A DNA stretch of 64,000 nt, from NCBI GenBank assembly GCA_030704615.1, contig CM060732.1, positions 10,168,001 through 10,232,000 of the forward strand, given 5' to 3'. Positions within the stretch are counted from its first letter, which is position 1. Every line of letters begins with the position of its first letter. This document shows, one piece after another, positions 38,750 through 51,733 of this stretch. The notes under the pieces were generated by a model that was given only the letters and a program-made list of their open reading frames with translations, did no database searches and was not told where the DNA came from. Both the position numbers and the translations under genes were made by a program. The DNA is from Takakia lepidozioides (Eukaryota; Plantae; Bryophyta).

Positions 38750-38952
38750 CATATCACAGCCCAGCACGGCGCGACACAGCATATCACAGCCCAACACGGC
38801 GCAACACAGTTTATCACAGCCCAGCATGGCGCAATACAGCCTATCACAACCTACCACAGCGTGTCACAGCCTATCACAGCTTACCACAGTGCAACACAGC
38901 CTATCACAGCGTACCACAATATGACACAGCCTGTCACAGCTCAACACAGCCT
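38598..38952 (+). repeat. ~30-bp tandem repeat (CACGGCGCGACACAGCCTATCACAGCCCA)
   Basis: About 11-12 degenerating units; the first five translate as RRDTAYHSPx at the end of integrase. Confidence 0.9.
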
Positions 38953-39413
38953 ACTAGGGTTACACAATCCATAGAATCAGTGACAGGTGGACGCAGGATA
39001 ACTTTAGGGAAATGGCCGGTGGAAGAAAGGACGAGGGTTTTCGTGGTGGTTCACCATAAAATGGCATGGCTGGTTGTGAAACCCCCGCGGACAGCTACAG
39101 AAGTATATATAGGGAGTAGTAACCCCGAGAACGGTGCAAGCCCGTTGGTGATCAAAAACTAGTGAGTAAGCGTGCAAGCCGGAAAGCGACCAAAGAGTGG
39201 GGAGCTGTTCCGGACTGCCAACTACCAAAGGGAATTCCCGCTGGTTCCAAATTGGTGGAGGGTTCTTTGGGAGAACAAAGGGGGACCGTTATGCCCCGGT
39301 GAGCAGCCGAAGCTCTAAGTTGGCCCGGCGGCCAGGTTGGGAGTCAGGCGCGCGCATCAAAGCAAGTAACTATGACTTGAGGGGGGAGCTTACCGAAGTG
39401 AGGTGCGCGACAC

Positions 39414-40625
39414 TTGGTATCAGAGCTTAGAGTTCAGTACGCGATCGTCCTTGGGATTGGCCTCATCACGGGGTCGGGCAAGCCAAAGCGAAAGCGGAAC
39501 GGCCCAAAAGATGATGATCCTGGTGAGCCCGATGGGGGCGACGTGTCACCGAGGCGGCCGTTTGAGGAAGCGATGCATGTTTTCGAAAACGAGGTCGCTC
39601 AAGAGCGGGAGGAATCCGAGGAGTCGGAGCCCGAGGAATCCTTGAGAGCTCCGACAAACCAAGAGATGCCTCCCATGCCGGCAGCCTTTTGGGAAGGGTT
39701 GTTGGCGCAGTTTGGCGGGACGTTGAAAGACGTGTTGAAGGCGGCTAATGCCACTTCCACTAAGGCAAAGTTTAAGGTGAAGCCTAAGGAACCCGGCACC
39801 TTCGAGGGCGTCCGAAATCGGAAGGCACTCAACACCTGGCTCCTGGAGCTAGAGCAGTACTTCCGGGCGGCCAAGTTGAGTGACGAGGATCGGGTGGAAG
39901 TGGCTCCCACCTATTTGAGGGGCTATGCTCAACAATGGTGGCAGAAACGCCTTCACGACCGAGGTCCAAGCCCGGAAACTTTGAACTGGAGTGGGTTCAA
40001 GGAATTGATGAAGAGACAGTTTGTGCCCCTCAACGCGTCCTGGCTTGCCCGGGACAAGATGAGGAATTTGAAGCAAACAGATGACATTCGGGGGTATGTC
40101 CAGGCTTTCAATGTGCTGTTGCTCGAAGTCGCGGACATGGCAAAACCAAAAATGATCTTCAACTTTGTGGCGGGACTGGCCCCATGGGCCAGGCGGAAGT
40201 TGGAGGAGAAGCCACCCAAGACTTTGAACGAGGCAATTGAGAGGGCTGAATGGTTCTCGGATGTCCCTAGGGGTGAGAGACAAGGCTGTACGGAGCTGAA
40301 CCACAAGAAGACCTGGCGGGAAGGTGACTCCTTCCGACCGGAAAAGAAGTGGGATAGGCCACGCGGCGACAATGACACGTGGAAATCGAAGGGAGGGCCT
40401 TCACACGTCAAGGCGGCACCCGGTGCTTCGAAAGGGAAAGCGGGTGGAGTGGCTTATGGCGGACAGAAGGCGACCTTTGATGGAGTGTGTTTCAATTGCG
40501 GGGAACCCGGGCACATGGCCAAGAAGTGCACGAAACCTCGACAATTGAACATGACTCGGGCAACCACGGAGCTGTCGGAAGATACCATCAGTCGCTTGGT
40601 GGAAGCGGTGGTCGCCAGGACTTGA
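39414..40625 (+). CDS. gag: Gag of family B
   Basis: PKEPGTFEG..WL..LEQYF, YLRGYAQQWW, LKQTDDIRGY, knuckle CFNCGEPGHMAKKC. Confidence 0.9.
   Translation: MVSELRVQYAIVLGIGLITGSGKPKRKRNGPKDDDPGEPDGGDVSPRRPFEEAMHVFENEVAQEREESEESEPEESLRAPTNQEMPPMPAAFWEGLLAQFGGTLKDVLKAANATSTKAKFKVKPKEPGTFEGVRNRKALNTWLLELEQYFRAAKLSDEDRVEVAPTYLRGYAQQWWQKRLHDRGPSPETLNWSGFKELMKRQFVPLNASWLARDKMRNLKQTDDIRGYVQAFNVLLLEVADMAKPKMIFNFVAGLAPWARRKLEEKPPKTLNEAIERAEWFSDVPRGERQGCTELNHKKTWREGDSFRPEKKWDRPRGDNDTWKSKGGPSHVKAAPGASKGKAGGVAYGGQKATFDGVCFNCGEPGHMAKKCTKPRQLNMTRATTELSEDTISRLVEAVVART
39415..39426 (+). promoter_or_regulatory. PBS complementary to initiator tRNA-Met
   Basis: TGGTATCAGAGC, 2 nt after the LTR end. Confidence 0.92.
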
Positions 40626-40649
40626 AAGGTAGGCAACTATTCTTGTGAA

Positions 40650-43548
40650 TTGTATCAGGAAACTGGCGCCCTGCGTAAAGGGAGTCAGTTATTGTTCGTG
40701 GATGGGATAATATCCGGAACTAACGTGTCATTGTTGGTGGACACAGGAGCGTCGCACTCCTTCATGACGCCGGCGGCGGCGCGAAAGTTGGGACTCCCGA
40801 CAAGTGACGTGGGGGCCTCTATTGAGGTGCGTTCTGCCAAAGAAGAACCGCAATTGTCGACAAGGTTGGCGTTCGATGTTCCTCTTCAACTGGGGAGTTG
40901 GGAGGGACGTGAGAACTTCACCATCTGCAAGATCGATGGAGTGGATCTCATTTTGGGGATGACCTTTTTGAGCAAATCCGGAGCGGTCATAGATGGCCGC
41001 AAGAGGGTAGTCACGCTGCCATGTTGGAATGGTGGCGAGGTCTTACGAGTTTCGGAAACGCCCAAACCCGTGGGAGGGCGAATAAACCTTCTGTCAGCAA
41101 GGGAGTGGGCCGTGGAGGAGGCACACGAGCCCCAGTTTTTGCTTTACATTAGAGAAGTGAAGGGAGAAGACGATGGGGAGCCGAGCCCAGATTGGATCAA
41201 GGGGATTTTGAGAGATACCAGGATGTGATGCCGGAGGATTTACCAAGCGGCTTGCCACCACGAAGAGGAGTTGACCACAAGATTGAGGTGATACCGGGAT
41301 CGGAACCGCCTGCCAAGGCACCCTACCGGTTGAGCCACAGAGAGTTGGTCGAGCTGAAGACTCAGCTCAAAGATCTAATGTCAAAGGGGTACATCCGGCC
41401 GAGTAAGTCACCTTACGGAGCCCCGGTGCTATTCGCAGACAAGAAGGATGGGACGCTGCGGATGTGTGTCGATTACAGGGCTACCCTTTGCCAAGGATCG
41501 ACGACCTTTTTGACCGGTTGGCAGGAGCGAAGTATTTCAGCCGGATCGACTTGCGCTCCGGCTATCATCAAATTTGGGTGGCGGAAGGAGATGAGGAGAA
41601 GACCGCGTGCAGGACAAGGTATGGTTCATATGAGTTATTGGTGATGCCTTTTGGGCTCACCAATGCACCTGCGACCTTTAGCACACTGATGAACAGCCTT
41701 TTTCAGGAGTGGTTGGATGACTTTGTGATCGTGTACATCGACGACATCTTGGTGTACTCGAAAACAAAGGAGGAGCACCTGGAGCACCTCAAAAGGGTGT
41801 TCCAAAAGTTGCGGGAAGGGAAGCTGTACGCCAAAGCTTCAAAGTGCGAATTCGGGGTCACGAAAGTGGAGTTCTTGGGGCATGTGATTACACAGAATGG
41901 GATCAGAATGGATGACAGAAAGGTGAGGGTGATCTTGGACTGGGAGCCTCCGACTTCGGTCCCGGGAGTGCGATCCTTCCTAGGACTCGCCTCCTATTAC
42001 CGGAAGTATGTGAGAAATTTCGCCAAGATCGCGGGGCCGTTGTCAGACCTTCTGTGTAAATCCAAAGTCTGGGTATGAAACACCTTGTGTGGCCAGGCTT
42101 TTGCTAAATTGAAGCAGCGGATGGCGGAAGCTCTAGTCTTGAAAATCCCGGAGTTCGATCGTCCGTTCGAGATACATACAGATGCGTCGGACTTCGCGAT
42201 TGGGGGTGTACTGATGCAAGATGGACGTCCAGTGGCTTACAAAAGTAAGAAACTGAATGAAGTGGAGCGACGGTGGCCGACGCACGAGAAAGAGATGAAG
42301 GCGGTGGTGCACTGTCTTGAGCTTTGGCGCCACTATGTTGGTTCCAACCTAGTGAAGGTGTTCATGGACAATGTCACGGTGAAGTATTTTGCCACACAGC
42401 CCAAGTTGTCCCCAAAACAACTTAGGTGGCAAGATACTTTGGCAGTGTTCGACGTGGATATCCAGTACAAACCGGGACGAGACAACGTGGTAGCCGATGC
42501 TTTAAGTAGAAAGCAGTAGCTCTTGTTGGTGTACAAGGGCGAGACGACGCTCCAAAGGAAGATCCGGAAGGCTTGCCGGAAGGATGAGCTGGCAAAGTCC
42601 GTGATGCAGGACTTGAGGATGGGGGTTAAATCGCAATTCCACTTGCAAAATGGACTGCTCCGGTATAAGCAAAAGCGTCTCTACGTGCCGAAGGGAGGGA
42701 TCAGAGATAGCCTCTTGAGAGAATGCCATGATAGCCCACTTGCGGGCCACGGCGGAGCCAAGCGCACTGCGGCACTCTTGAAGAAAGAGTATTTCTGGCC
42801 CAAACTGAGGGAGGAGGCAGAGGAGTATGTCAAGACATGCACCACATGCCAACAAAACCGGAGCGAGTACAAAAAGCAAGCGGGGCTGTTACAACCCTTG
42901 CCGATTCCAGAGGGGTCTTGGGAAAGCGTCTCGATGGATTTCATGACTGCTATGCCGCTGTCAAAAGGATTCGATGCAATCATGGTGGTGGTGGATAGGT
43001 TCAGTAAAATGGGTCATTTCATCCCCACCAAGGAGACGGCAACGGCGCAGGAAACAGGGCGACTTTACTTCGCCCACGTCTTAAAGCATCATGGAGTCCC
43101 AAAGGATATTGTCTCGGACCGCGATCCAAAGTTTACGAGTAAATTTTGGAGGGCACTTTGGAAGAAGATGGGGACGAGGCTGAAGATGAGCACCGCCTTC
43201 CGACCTACGATCGACGGCCAAACAGAAAGAGTGAATTCCGTAGTGAAGCAGATCTTGCGGAATTACGTGTCGGCAGACCAAACAGACTGGGTGGAACACT
43301 TAGACGCGGCAGAGTTCTGTTATAATAACACAGAACACTCCGCAATGGGAGTTTCTCCTTTTGGATTGGTCTATGGAAAAGCACCTCTGGTGCCGACAAG
43401 TTGGGCCGCCCAGGACGTTGAGGAACCGGCAGTAGCGGTGGTACTAGAAGAACGCAAGCGTTTGTTGAAGCTCGCAAAGTACAACATTGCCAAAGCTAGG
43501 AAACGGTATGAAAGGCAGGCGAATCGGAAGCGGAGGGAAGTGAAGTAC
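40650..43548 (+). pseudogene. pol: Pol of family B (PR, RT, RH, INT), with frameshifts and stops
   Basis: [60 protein letters not shown]. Confidence 0.95.
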
Positions 43549-43599
43549 AAGTTTTTGCAATCAGATTCCTGAGCTAGCTAAGCTGGGCTAAGCATGCAT

Positions 43600-43860
43600 T
43601 TCCTCCCCCACACTCCAAGGTTGATGTCCCCATCAACGCTTCTTCCGCTTTTGAGATCGCCCTTCGAAAACTACAACCGCCTCGGATGCGTTTCCCATTT
43701 CTGAGGCACGCACCCAAGATGCCTCCACATGATGATAGCCCTTCCATTTGACGAGATACTCCGTTTCTCGGTTCTTGAACCTCCTCGACTTAAGTACTGC
43801 CTCCACCTCGTACTCAGGTTCATTTTCATGATCCAACAGCACAGGTGGCGGACGCAACAC
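43600..43860 (-). pseudogene. Integrase chromodomain followed by a polypurine tract, inverted relative to pol
   Basis: EYEVEAVL..EYLVKWKGY...SW; GGGGGAGGAAA follows the stop on the minus strand. Confidence 0.88.
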
Positions 43861-43861
43861 T

Positions 43862-46800
43862 TGATGTCAAACACACTCGCAATGTTTAAAAGCAATCCTA
43901 AATCATGTCACTAGGGATGATGAGTTCACCCTCTGAACCATTTTTTGGTTGACCTGATACTTGAGAGGAGCCACCAAGTTTGATTGACCTGATACTGAAC
44001 AGGTACCTCAGACAAGGTATGTCCAACACACTCGCAAAGATTGAAAGCAATGAAAAATCATTTCACCAGGGAACGATGAGTTCAATTTTGTTTGACTTGA
44101 TATTGTACAGTTACCTCTGACAAGATATGTCCAACACACTTGCAAAGATTGAAAGCAATAAAAAATCATTTGAACAGCGAATGATGAGTTCAACCTCCGA
44201 ACAAATTTTGATTGACCTTATACTCAATGGGTATCTCTGACAAGATATGTCCACCACACTCGCAAAGATTGAAAGCAATCACAAATTCATTTCACCAGGG
44301 AACGATGAGTTCACCCTTCGAACAAATTTTGGTTGACCTGATACTTGAGAGGAGCCTGTGACAAGGTCTGTCCAACACACTCGCAATGTTTAAAAGCAAT
44401 CAAAAATCATTTCAACAGCGAATGATGGGTTCACCCTTTGAATCAATTTTGATTGACCTGATACTTGACATGTACCTCGGACAAAGTATGTGCAACACAC
44501 TCGCAATGTTTGAAAGTAATCAAAAATCATTTGAACAACGAACGATGGGTTCACCCTTTCAATTGATTGACTTGATACTTGAGAGGAGCCTGTGACAAGG
44601 TATGTCCAACACACTCGCAAAGATTGAAAGCAATCAAAAATCATTTGAACGGCAAACGATGGGTTCACCTTCCGACCCAATTTTGATTGACCTGATATTC
44701 GATATGTCCCTCTGATAAGGTATGTCAAACACACTTGCAATGTTTAAAAGCAATCCAAAATCATGTCACCAGGGAACGATGAGTTCACCCTCTGAACCAT
44801 TTTTGGTTGACCGGATACTTGAGAGGAGCCTGTGACAAGGTATGTCCAACACACTCGCAATGTTTAAAAGCAATCACAAATTCAATTCACCAGGGAACGA
44901 TGAGTTCACCCTTTGAACCATTTTTTATTGATGTGATATTCAACAGGTACCTCTGACAAGGTATGTCCAACACACTCGCAAAGATTGAAAGCAATCAAAA
45001 ATCATTTCACCAGGGAACGATGAATTCACCCTTTGAACCAATTTCGATTGACCTGATACTTGACACGTACTTCTAACAAGGTATGTCCAACACACTCGCA
45101 AAAATTGAAAACAATCAAAAATCATTTGAACAACGAACGATGAGTTCAACCTCTGAACCAATTTTGATTGACCTTATACTCAACGGGTACATCTGACAAG
45201 GTATGTCCAACACACTCGCAAAGATTGAAAGCAATCACAAATTCATTTCACCAGGGAATGATGAGTTCACCCTCTGAACCAATTTTGGTTGACCTGATAC
45301 TTGAGAGGAGCTTGTGACAAGGTCTGTCCAACAAACTCGCAATGCTTAAAAGAAATAAAAAATCATTTGAACAACGAATTATGGGTTCACCCTTTGAATC
45401 ATTTTCGATTGACCTCATACTCAACACGTACCTCTAACAAGGTATATCCAACAAACATGTTTGAAAGCAATAAAAAATCATTTGAACAGCGAACAATGGG
45501 TTCACCCTTTCAATCAATTTTGATTGACTTGATACTTGAGAGGAGTCTGTGACAAGGTATGTCCAACACACTCGCAAAGATTGAAAGCAATAAAAAATCA
45601 TTTGAACAGCGAACGATGGGTTCACCCTTTCAATCAATTTCGATTGACCTGATACTTGACCCGTACCTCTGACAAGGTATGTCGAACACACTCGCAAAGA
45701 TTGAAAGCAATCAAAAATCATTTGTACAGCGAACGATGGGTTTGCCCTTTCAATCAATTTTGATTGACCTCATACTCAACATGTCCCTCTGATAAGGTAT
45801 GTCCAACACACTTGCAATGTTTAAAAGCAATCCAAAATCATGTCACCAGGGAACGATGAGTTCACCTCTGAACCATTTTTGGTTGACCTGATACTTGAGA
45901 GGAGCCTGTGACAAGGTATGTCCAACACAATCGCAATGTTTAAAACAATCAAAAATCATTTGAAGAGCGAATGATAGGTTCACCCTTTGAATCAATTTCG
46001 ATTGACCTGATACTCGACACGTACCTCTGACAAGGTATGTCCAACACACTCGCAAAGATTGAAAGCAATCAAAAATTATTTGAACATCGAACGATGGGTT
46101 CACCCTTTGAATCAATTTCGATTGACTTGATACTCAACACGTACCTCTCACAAAATATGTCCAACACACTCGCAAAGATTGAAAGCAATCAAAAATCATT
46201 TGAACAGTGAACGATGAGTTCAACCTCCGAACCAATTTTGATTGACCTGATACTCAACGGGTACCTCTGACAAGGTATATCCAACACACTCGCAAAGATT
46301 GAAAGCAATCACAAATTCATTTCACCAGGGAACGATGAGGTCACCCTCTGAACCAATTTTGGTTGACCCGATACTTGAGAACAGCCTGTGACAAGGTCTG
46401 TCCAACACACTCACAATGTTTAAAAGCAATAAAAAATCATTTGAAAGAAAATGATGGGTTCACCCTTTGAATCACTTTCAATTGACCTGATACTCGACAC
46501 GTACCTCTAACAAGGTATGTCCAACAAACTTGCAATGTTTGAAAGCAATAAAAAATCATTTAAACAACGAACGATGGGTTCACCCTTTTAATTAATTTTG
46601 ATTGACTTGATACTTGAGAGGAGCCTGTGACAAGGTATGTCCAACACACTTGCAAAGATTGAAAGCAATCCAAAATCATTTGTACAGCGAATGATGGGTT
46701 CCCCCTCCGAACCAATTTTTATTGACCTGATACTCGATATGTCCCTCTGATAAGGTATGTCGAACACACTCGCAATGTTTAAAAGCAATCCAAAATCATA

Positions 46801-47165
46801 TCACCAGGGAACGATGAGTTCACCTTTGATCCATTTTTGGTTGACCTGATACTTGAGAGGAGCCTGTGACAAGGTATGTCCAACACACTCGCAATGTTCA
46901 AAAGCAATAAAAAATCATTTGAAGAGCAAATGATGGGTTCACCCTTTGAATCAATTTCGATTGACCTGATGCTCGACACGTACCTCTGACAAGGTATGTC
47001 CAACACACTCGTAAAGATTGAAAGTAATCAAAAATTATTTGAACAGCAAACGATGGGTTCATCCTTTCAATCAATTTTGATTGACCTGATACTCAACAGA
47101 TCCGTCTGATAAGGTATGTCAAACATACTCGCAATGTTTAAAAGCAATCCAAAATCATTTCACCA
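43862..47165. repeat. 120-bp tandem satellite, ~27-28 monomers
   Basis: CAAGGTATGTCCAACACACTCGCAA recurs every ~120 bp. Confidence 0.95.
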
Positions 47166-47221
47166 GTTTCACCATGTTTACCCATTCAGCGGTATTTATT
47201 TATTTATTTTTATAATAAAAA

Positions 47222-47460
47222 CCCATGAGGCGACCGCTGCGGCGGTCGCCGATTGGGGGCTCCGGACCGCGAGACTGGTGGTCCCCACCTTTTTTTTTTA
47301 ATGTTTCCACTTGGTTTTTTACCCATTCGGCGACCGCTTCAGCGGTCGGCGATTGGGGGCTCGGGACCGCCAGACTGGCGGTCCCAATGTCGCTCCTGGC
47401 CAGGGAGGGGGGTGGGGGGCTTGCCAAGCGACCGCTCTAGTGGCGGTCGCCACCATCGCC
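47222..47460. repeat. GC-rich palindromic motifs GGCGACCGC-n-GCGGTCGCC, subterminal-like
   Basis: Three copies; the first two are followed by GATTGGGGGCTC. Confidence 0.7.
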
Positions 47461-47616
47461 ACGTCACCCATCACACCATATATTTTGTAAGTATGATCAT
47501 GGTGGTGGTAGTCACAAATGATCCCTACAGAGTATTGTTTTGGTTCTGTGCAGGGCGATTTGCAGGCCAATATTGAAGGGGTGTGAATACAAGCACACAT
47601 GTCATTCCCCGCAAAA

Positions 47617-50600
47617 TGGCTGAAGGAAGCGAAGATGGGCATCCCGTACCCCAACATATTGGACCTGAGCAGGCAAGCAACAAATCTTATCGCAAAGGTG
47701 TAAGGCAACAATTGAATAGCAAAATTTCACAAAATTGGGATGTTCTGGCTGAAGAGGGTTGGGAGGACTTTCCTTTGAATTGCAAGTGGACATGGTTTTG
47801 ATGCACAAAATACGTGAAAATGCATCATATAAACCGTTTGTGGCCTTTGAAAAGACATGCGGTGCAAACGAGGCAAAATTGTTTGGAATTCGCTTCCTGC
47901 ATGGATGAACGTTTTCGGCATAGGGCACGTGAGGTGAGCCTTAAATTGTGGGGCAAGGAGTTGTACAAAAACCAAATTAACTACACCTTGGCAGCTATGG
48001 TGTATGTAGAGCTTGTTTTGCACATAGTTGTGGACTGGCAAACCGCCACAAAGAGGAAGAAGCCGAAAGTATGGCTTGGTAGTGACATTCTCGACACTTT
48101 TGTGCAACAGCTTCAACCCACGGAGCAAGTGCAGGGTAAGTCTGCATTGTTGGAACATGAGGCTTCAACGCTCAAATCAATGCAACCAAGTCTCATGAAA
48201 GAACTGGCCACACGAGACTGTCGAATTAAAGAATTGGAGGAGCTCGTTGAAAAGTAGAAGAAACAAATACTAGACTTGCAAATGAAAGTGGAATCAACTT
48301 GCCATTCCGTCAATGTTCATAATTGTACCGCACCAAGTCATCCATAGAACCGCCGACTATAAACAGATGCATACTGAAGGGAGCCAAGGGGTAGGAGAAA
48401 TGGTCATGGCAGATTTCGGAGCCGGGCCGATACCTGGGTATATGGAATACAATGTGCCAAAGGAACAACAAATTGTGAATGAAAGAAGTCGGAAAGGGAA
48501 AGAGGTCATGCTTGAATCTGGAGAATGTTCGAGGACAACCGTTCACACTGATTATTTCGGTGAATTGTATGAGGTGGTTAGGGAGCGGGATACTGCTAGG
48601 GTGGTTGCCTCCCATTTGGCGCACGATATGGACATTCGGAGGTATGTACCAGGGGCTGGGCACTGGGAAAATTGGGTGTGGTTTGGAATTTTTTTGGCAT
48701 CACGAGTAAGAGAAACGGAGTGGGCGTTGTCTCGACTACAAGAGATTGCAGGTATGCCAGGCGGCCTTTATCGGGACAACATTACCGCTAACTTGGAGAG
48801 GTATAACAATTATATTCTCAATAAGGAGAACTTGCAGTTCACTGGGTTCACCCTCTGGGCTGATGTAGAAGAAATGTTTAACCGTTGTTCGCACACAATT
48901 TCTAATACCAACATGAGCATTAACTGGGAACTAGAGATTGAGGGAGAGTGGGATACGAGGCCACAAAAATCAGCCCATGTGAAACTCAATGATCGTACGG
49001 ATATACCACAAAACCCTGTGCCTTCATTCACCACAGATGGATCAGTATGCACGATTTGTGAAAACCCCTTTGGACCAGTGGGAGCACACATGCTTGGGTC
49101 TTGTGGGCATTTCTTCTACAACATATGTCTTGTAACAGTGGCCCTTACTCCGAGTGCATGCCCAGAGTGCCATACGCCAATCCATCGTCAATACTATGAA
49201 TTGTATGGCTTGGAGGAGATCATGCCAATAGGGTACGAATACAACAGACACAACTTGCCAATGGACGAAGAGCCTTTCTCGTTTCTCAATTTGTGGCACT
49301 GGGGTGAAGTCATGTTGTGGAATCCATATACAAGGATGCATGACCTACTTGCGGAGGATACAAGCAGAGAGTTCAACATGGATACATTCTGGGTCACATC
49401 AAATTGGGAAATCACCACTCGTCCATTCATTTGCTTGGGTGTTTTCAAATGCGGTGCCGCATTCGGTTTCTAATCGTTTTCCCCCTGTGTATGCAGACGA
49501 AGCAGTTCGATGCATACTGCTTTGTGAAGGAGAACTCCACCTTTGCTTTCCGGAAGGAGGGAGGAAAGGTTGACCCGAACTGCGACCCACTCGATTACGA
49601 CGTTCTGTTCAACAACGTTCCCAAGGAACTTCTCGAACGCGCTTCATCTTTGAAGTAAGGCTTCAAAAGGGAGACGTGAAATACTGGATGCACCTCATAG
49701 CCTCACTTCAACGGAACCCCTGCGGTACTCACGGACTCGGAGCCCTGCCTTCATTCAGACAATTATGGAAACATGCACAGACGTGGAGGGCACAGTGCTC
49801 GACCTCATCTGTGGGACAGGTATGCAGAATCTTGATCTCTGCTGTTCTGCAAATTCTCGTTAGGATGTAGTTCGCAACATCTGAAGCGCCATGTGGTAAT
49901 GTGTGGATGGCATTGTAACAGGTGCCTCAATGTGGGCTGGGCGGTTTTCTGACCGGCACCTCTTTGCCTACGTGGAGGATTCATCCGTGTGGGGATCCCA
50001 TCTGGAGGGGCTGCAATGGAATGTGAAGGCTCCCGACAGAGCGGAAGTCTCCTCGGATTCGTCGGAGTCCGAGGAAGACACAGTGGACATTGATGCGGAG
50101 GAGAACCCGGAATACGAGTGAGTGCAAACATTGTAAGTTTGCAAAGCCTTCTGGGTCATTTATGTCAAACGAATTTCCCGACTGTGGTTCTCATTAGTCT
50201 CGTTGATGATTGTCATGTGCAGGATTGCAGGGTCCGGGTCGAAACATGTAGGGCCTACACTCCTGCCAGGAAGAATGTCCCGTTCTTTGCGAGGGCCGAT
50301 TTCATGACGAGCCCGGTGAGGGACTACTCCCTTCCTAGTTATGCAGCTAAACTCGCAAATACAGCGATTAGAAGAAGTGAGAATCCCAGTAAAGTAGAGC
50401 AGATTTTGGAGAGGGCTAGGGAGGACAGAAGGATAAGGAAAGAGTTGGCAGCAGCTCAGACAGGTAGACGGGTACGAAAGTACATATGTGATTCAGCGGA
50501 TGAGAGCGACGCAGACAGGGAGGAAGACGACCCAACGGAGGTGAGATGGACAGTTCCGCAAGGGGAAGATGGGATTTTCGAAAGCCTGGCCAACGAGCAG

Positions 50601-50690
50601 TCCGCTGGAGATGAGAGAGGCACTGAGGGGGTGGAGGAGGAGCAGGTCAGTCTAGAACAGGATGAGGATTTGGATGATTTTCAAGATTAA
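47617..50690 (+). CDS. Multi-exon cargo gene with coiled coil, RING finger and acidic C-terminus, possibly degraded
   Basis: CTIC..CGHFFYNIC..CPEC in ORF 48313-49473. Collinear plus-strand ORFs with GT..AG boundaries at ~49820-49921 and ~50118-50222. The exon model is inferred. Confidence 0.65.
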
Positions 50691-50826
50691 TAGAATTTTA
50701 ATGAAGTCTCTGTAAATGTAAATTCTCTTCCAGAGTATATAAAGGAAATTCTGCCCGACATTCGTGACCCCTCTCCAGTGTGCATTCCAGCCACACAATC
50801 GCCCAAACCACGACGCTCCCAAAATC

Positions 50827-51476
50827 GGAAATGGGGCACCGCATTTCCAAAACAGGGGAGGGACTAAATTTTCCATTTCAATGTTGGCATAGTAAAAAGT
50901 AATCTGAATTGGAAATGCGGTGCCGCATTTCCAAAATTTCCTTTGTCCACACGCCAGTTTTGGCCTCTCCCACTCATTGCATGGATGCCACCACGCTTAC
51001 AGAGGTCGAACAACGAGGTCGAACAAGGAGGTCGACATGGCGGGATTGAAAATGCGGTGCCGCATTTCAGTATTGGGGATGGTCGTTGTTCGAACTGCAG
51101 GCCCATCAGCAAAAAATTGGCACCGCATTCCATTGTTAAAAAAAAGTCGATGACGGACATGGAAATGCGGCGCCGCATTTCCAGAACGGACATCGCAATT
51201 TGTCCATCTGCAGACCCTCTCTCGGAAATGCGGTAACGCATTCCATCGCGCTGGTCGGAAATGTCACACTTTTCGAAGTGTTGTACGGAAATGCGGCACC
51301 GCATTCCCTTGTCCAAAAAGAAGTTTCCTTTGCCAAGCTGGAAATGCGTCGCCGCATTTGCAATGCCAACCTCGTTTTTTGATCAATTTATAGACCCGTG
51401 TTGGTATTTCGTGTACCTGGACGGAAATGATGCACCGCATTTTCTTGTCCCACATGGAAATGCGGTGCCGCATTTC
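50827..51476. repeat. Second array (~10 copies) of the GGAAATGCGGYRCCGCATTTCC palindrome
   Basis: Copies at ~50827, 50911, 51048, 51115, 51161, 51224, 51287, 51340, 51423 and 51456. Confidence 0.9.
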
Positions 51477-51733
51477 GATGTCCGACATGGCGTTACTCTA
51501 GTATATTCTTGACACATGACTCACATACCGGTTACTCTGCTATATTCATCCGGACAGACACATTGTAGAAATGAGACATCAAATTGTAAACAGTGGGCCA
51601 ATTCCGACAGTTATTCAACACAATGAAACACAATCATACAGAAGTGAGGTACGATGGGTTTATTGATCGGACACGATGTCTCACATTTACCAACTGCAGA
51701 CAAAACTAAGCCCTTCTTCCTTCTACATGGGCT

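Noticed and set aside
38976-39031. TG at 38981 as the start of the family B 5' LTR with a TSD
   Set aside because: Homology to the 3' LTR starts only at 39032, and the flanks ATCAG and ATGCG do not match.
43862-47165. CRISPR array or protein-coding repeat ORFs
   Set aside because: Whole monomers are homologous with no unique spacers, and the short ORFs are stop-riddled by-products of the repeat.
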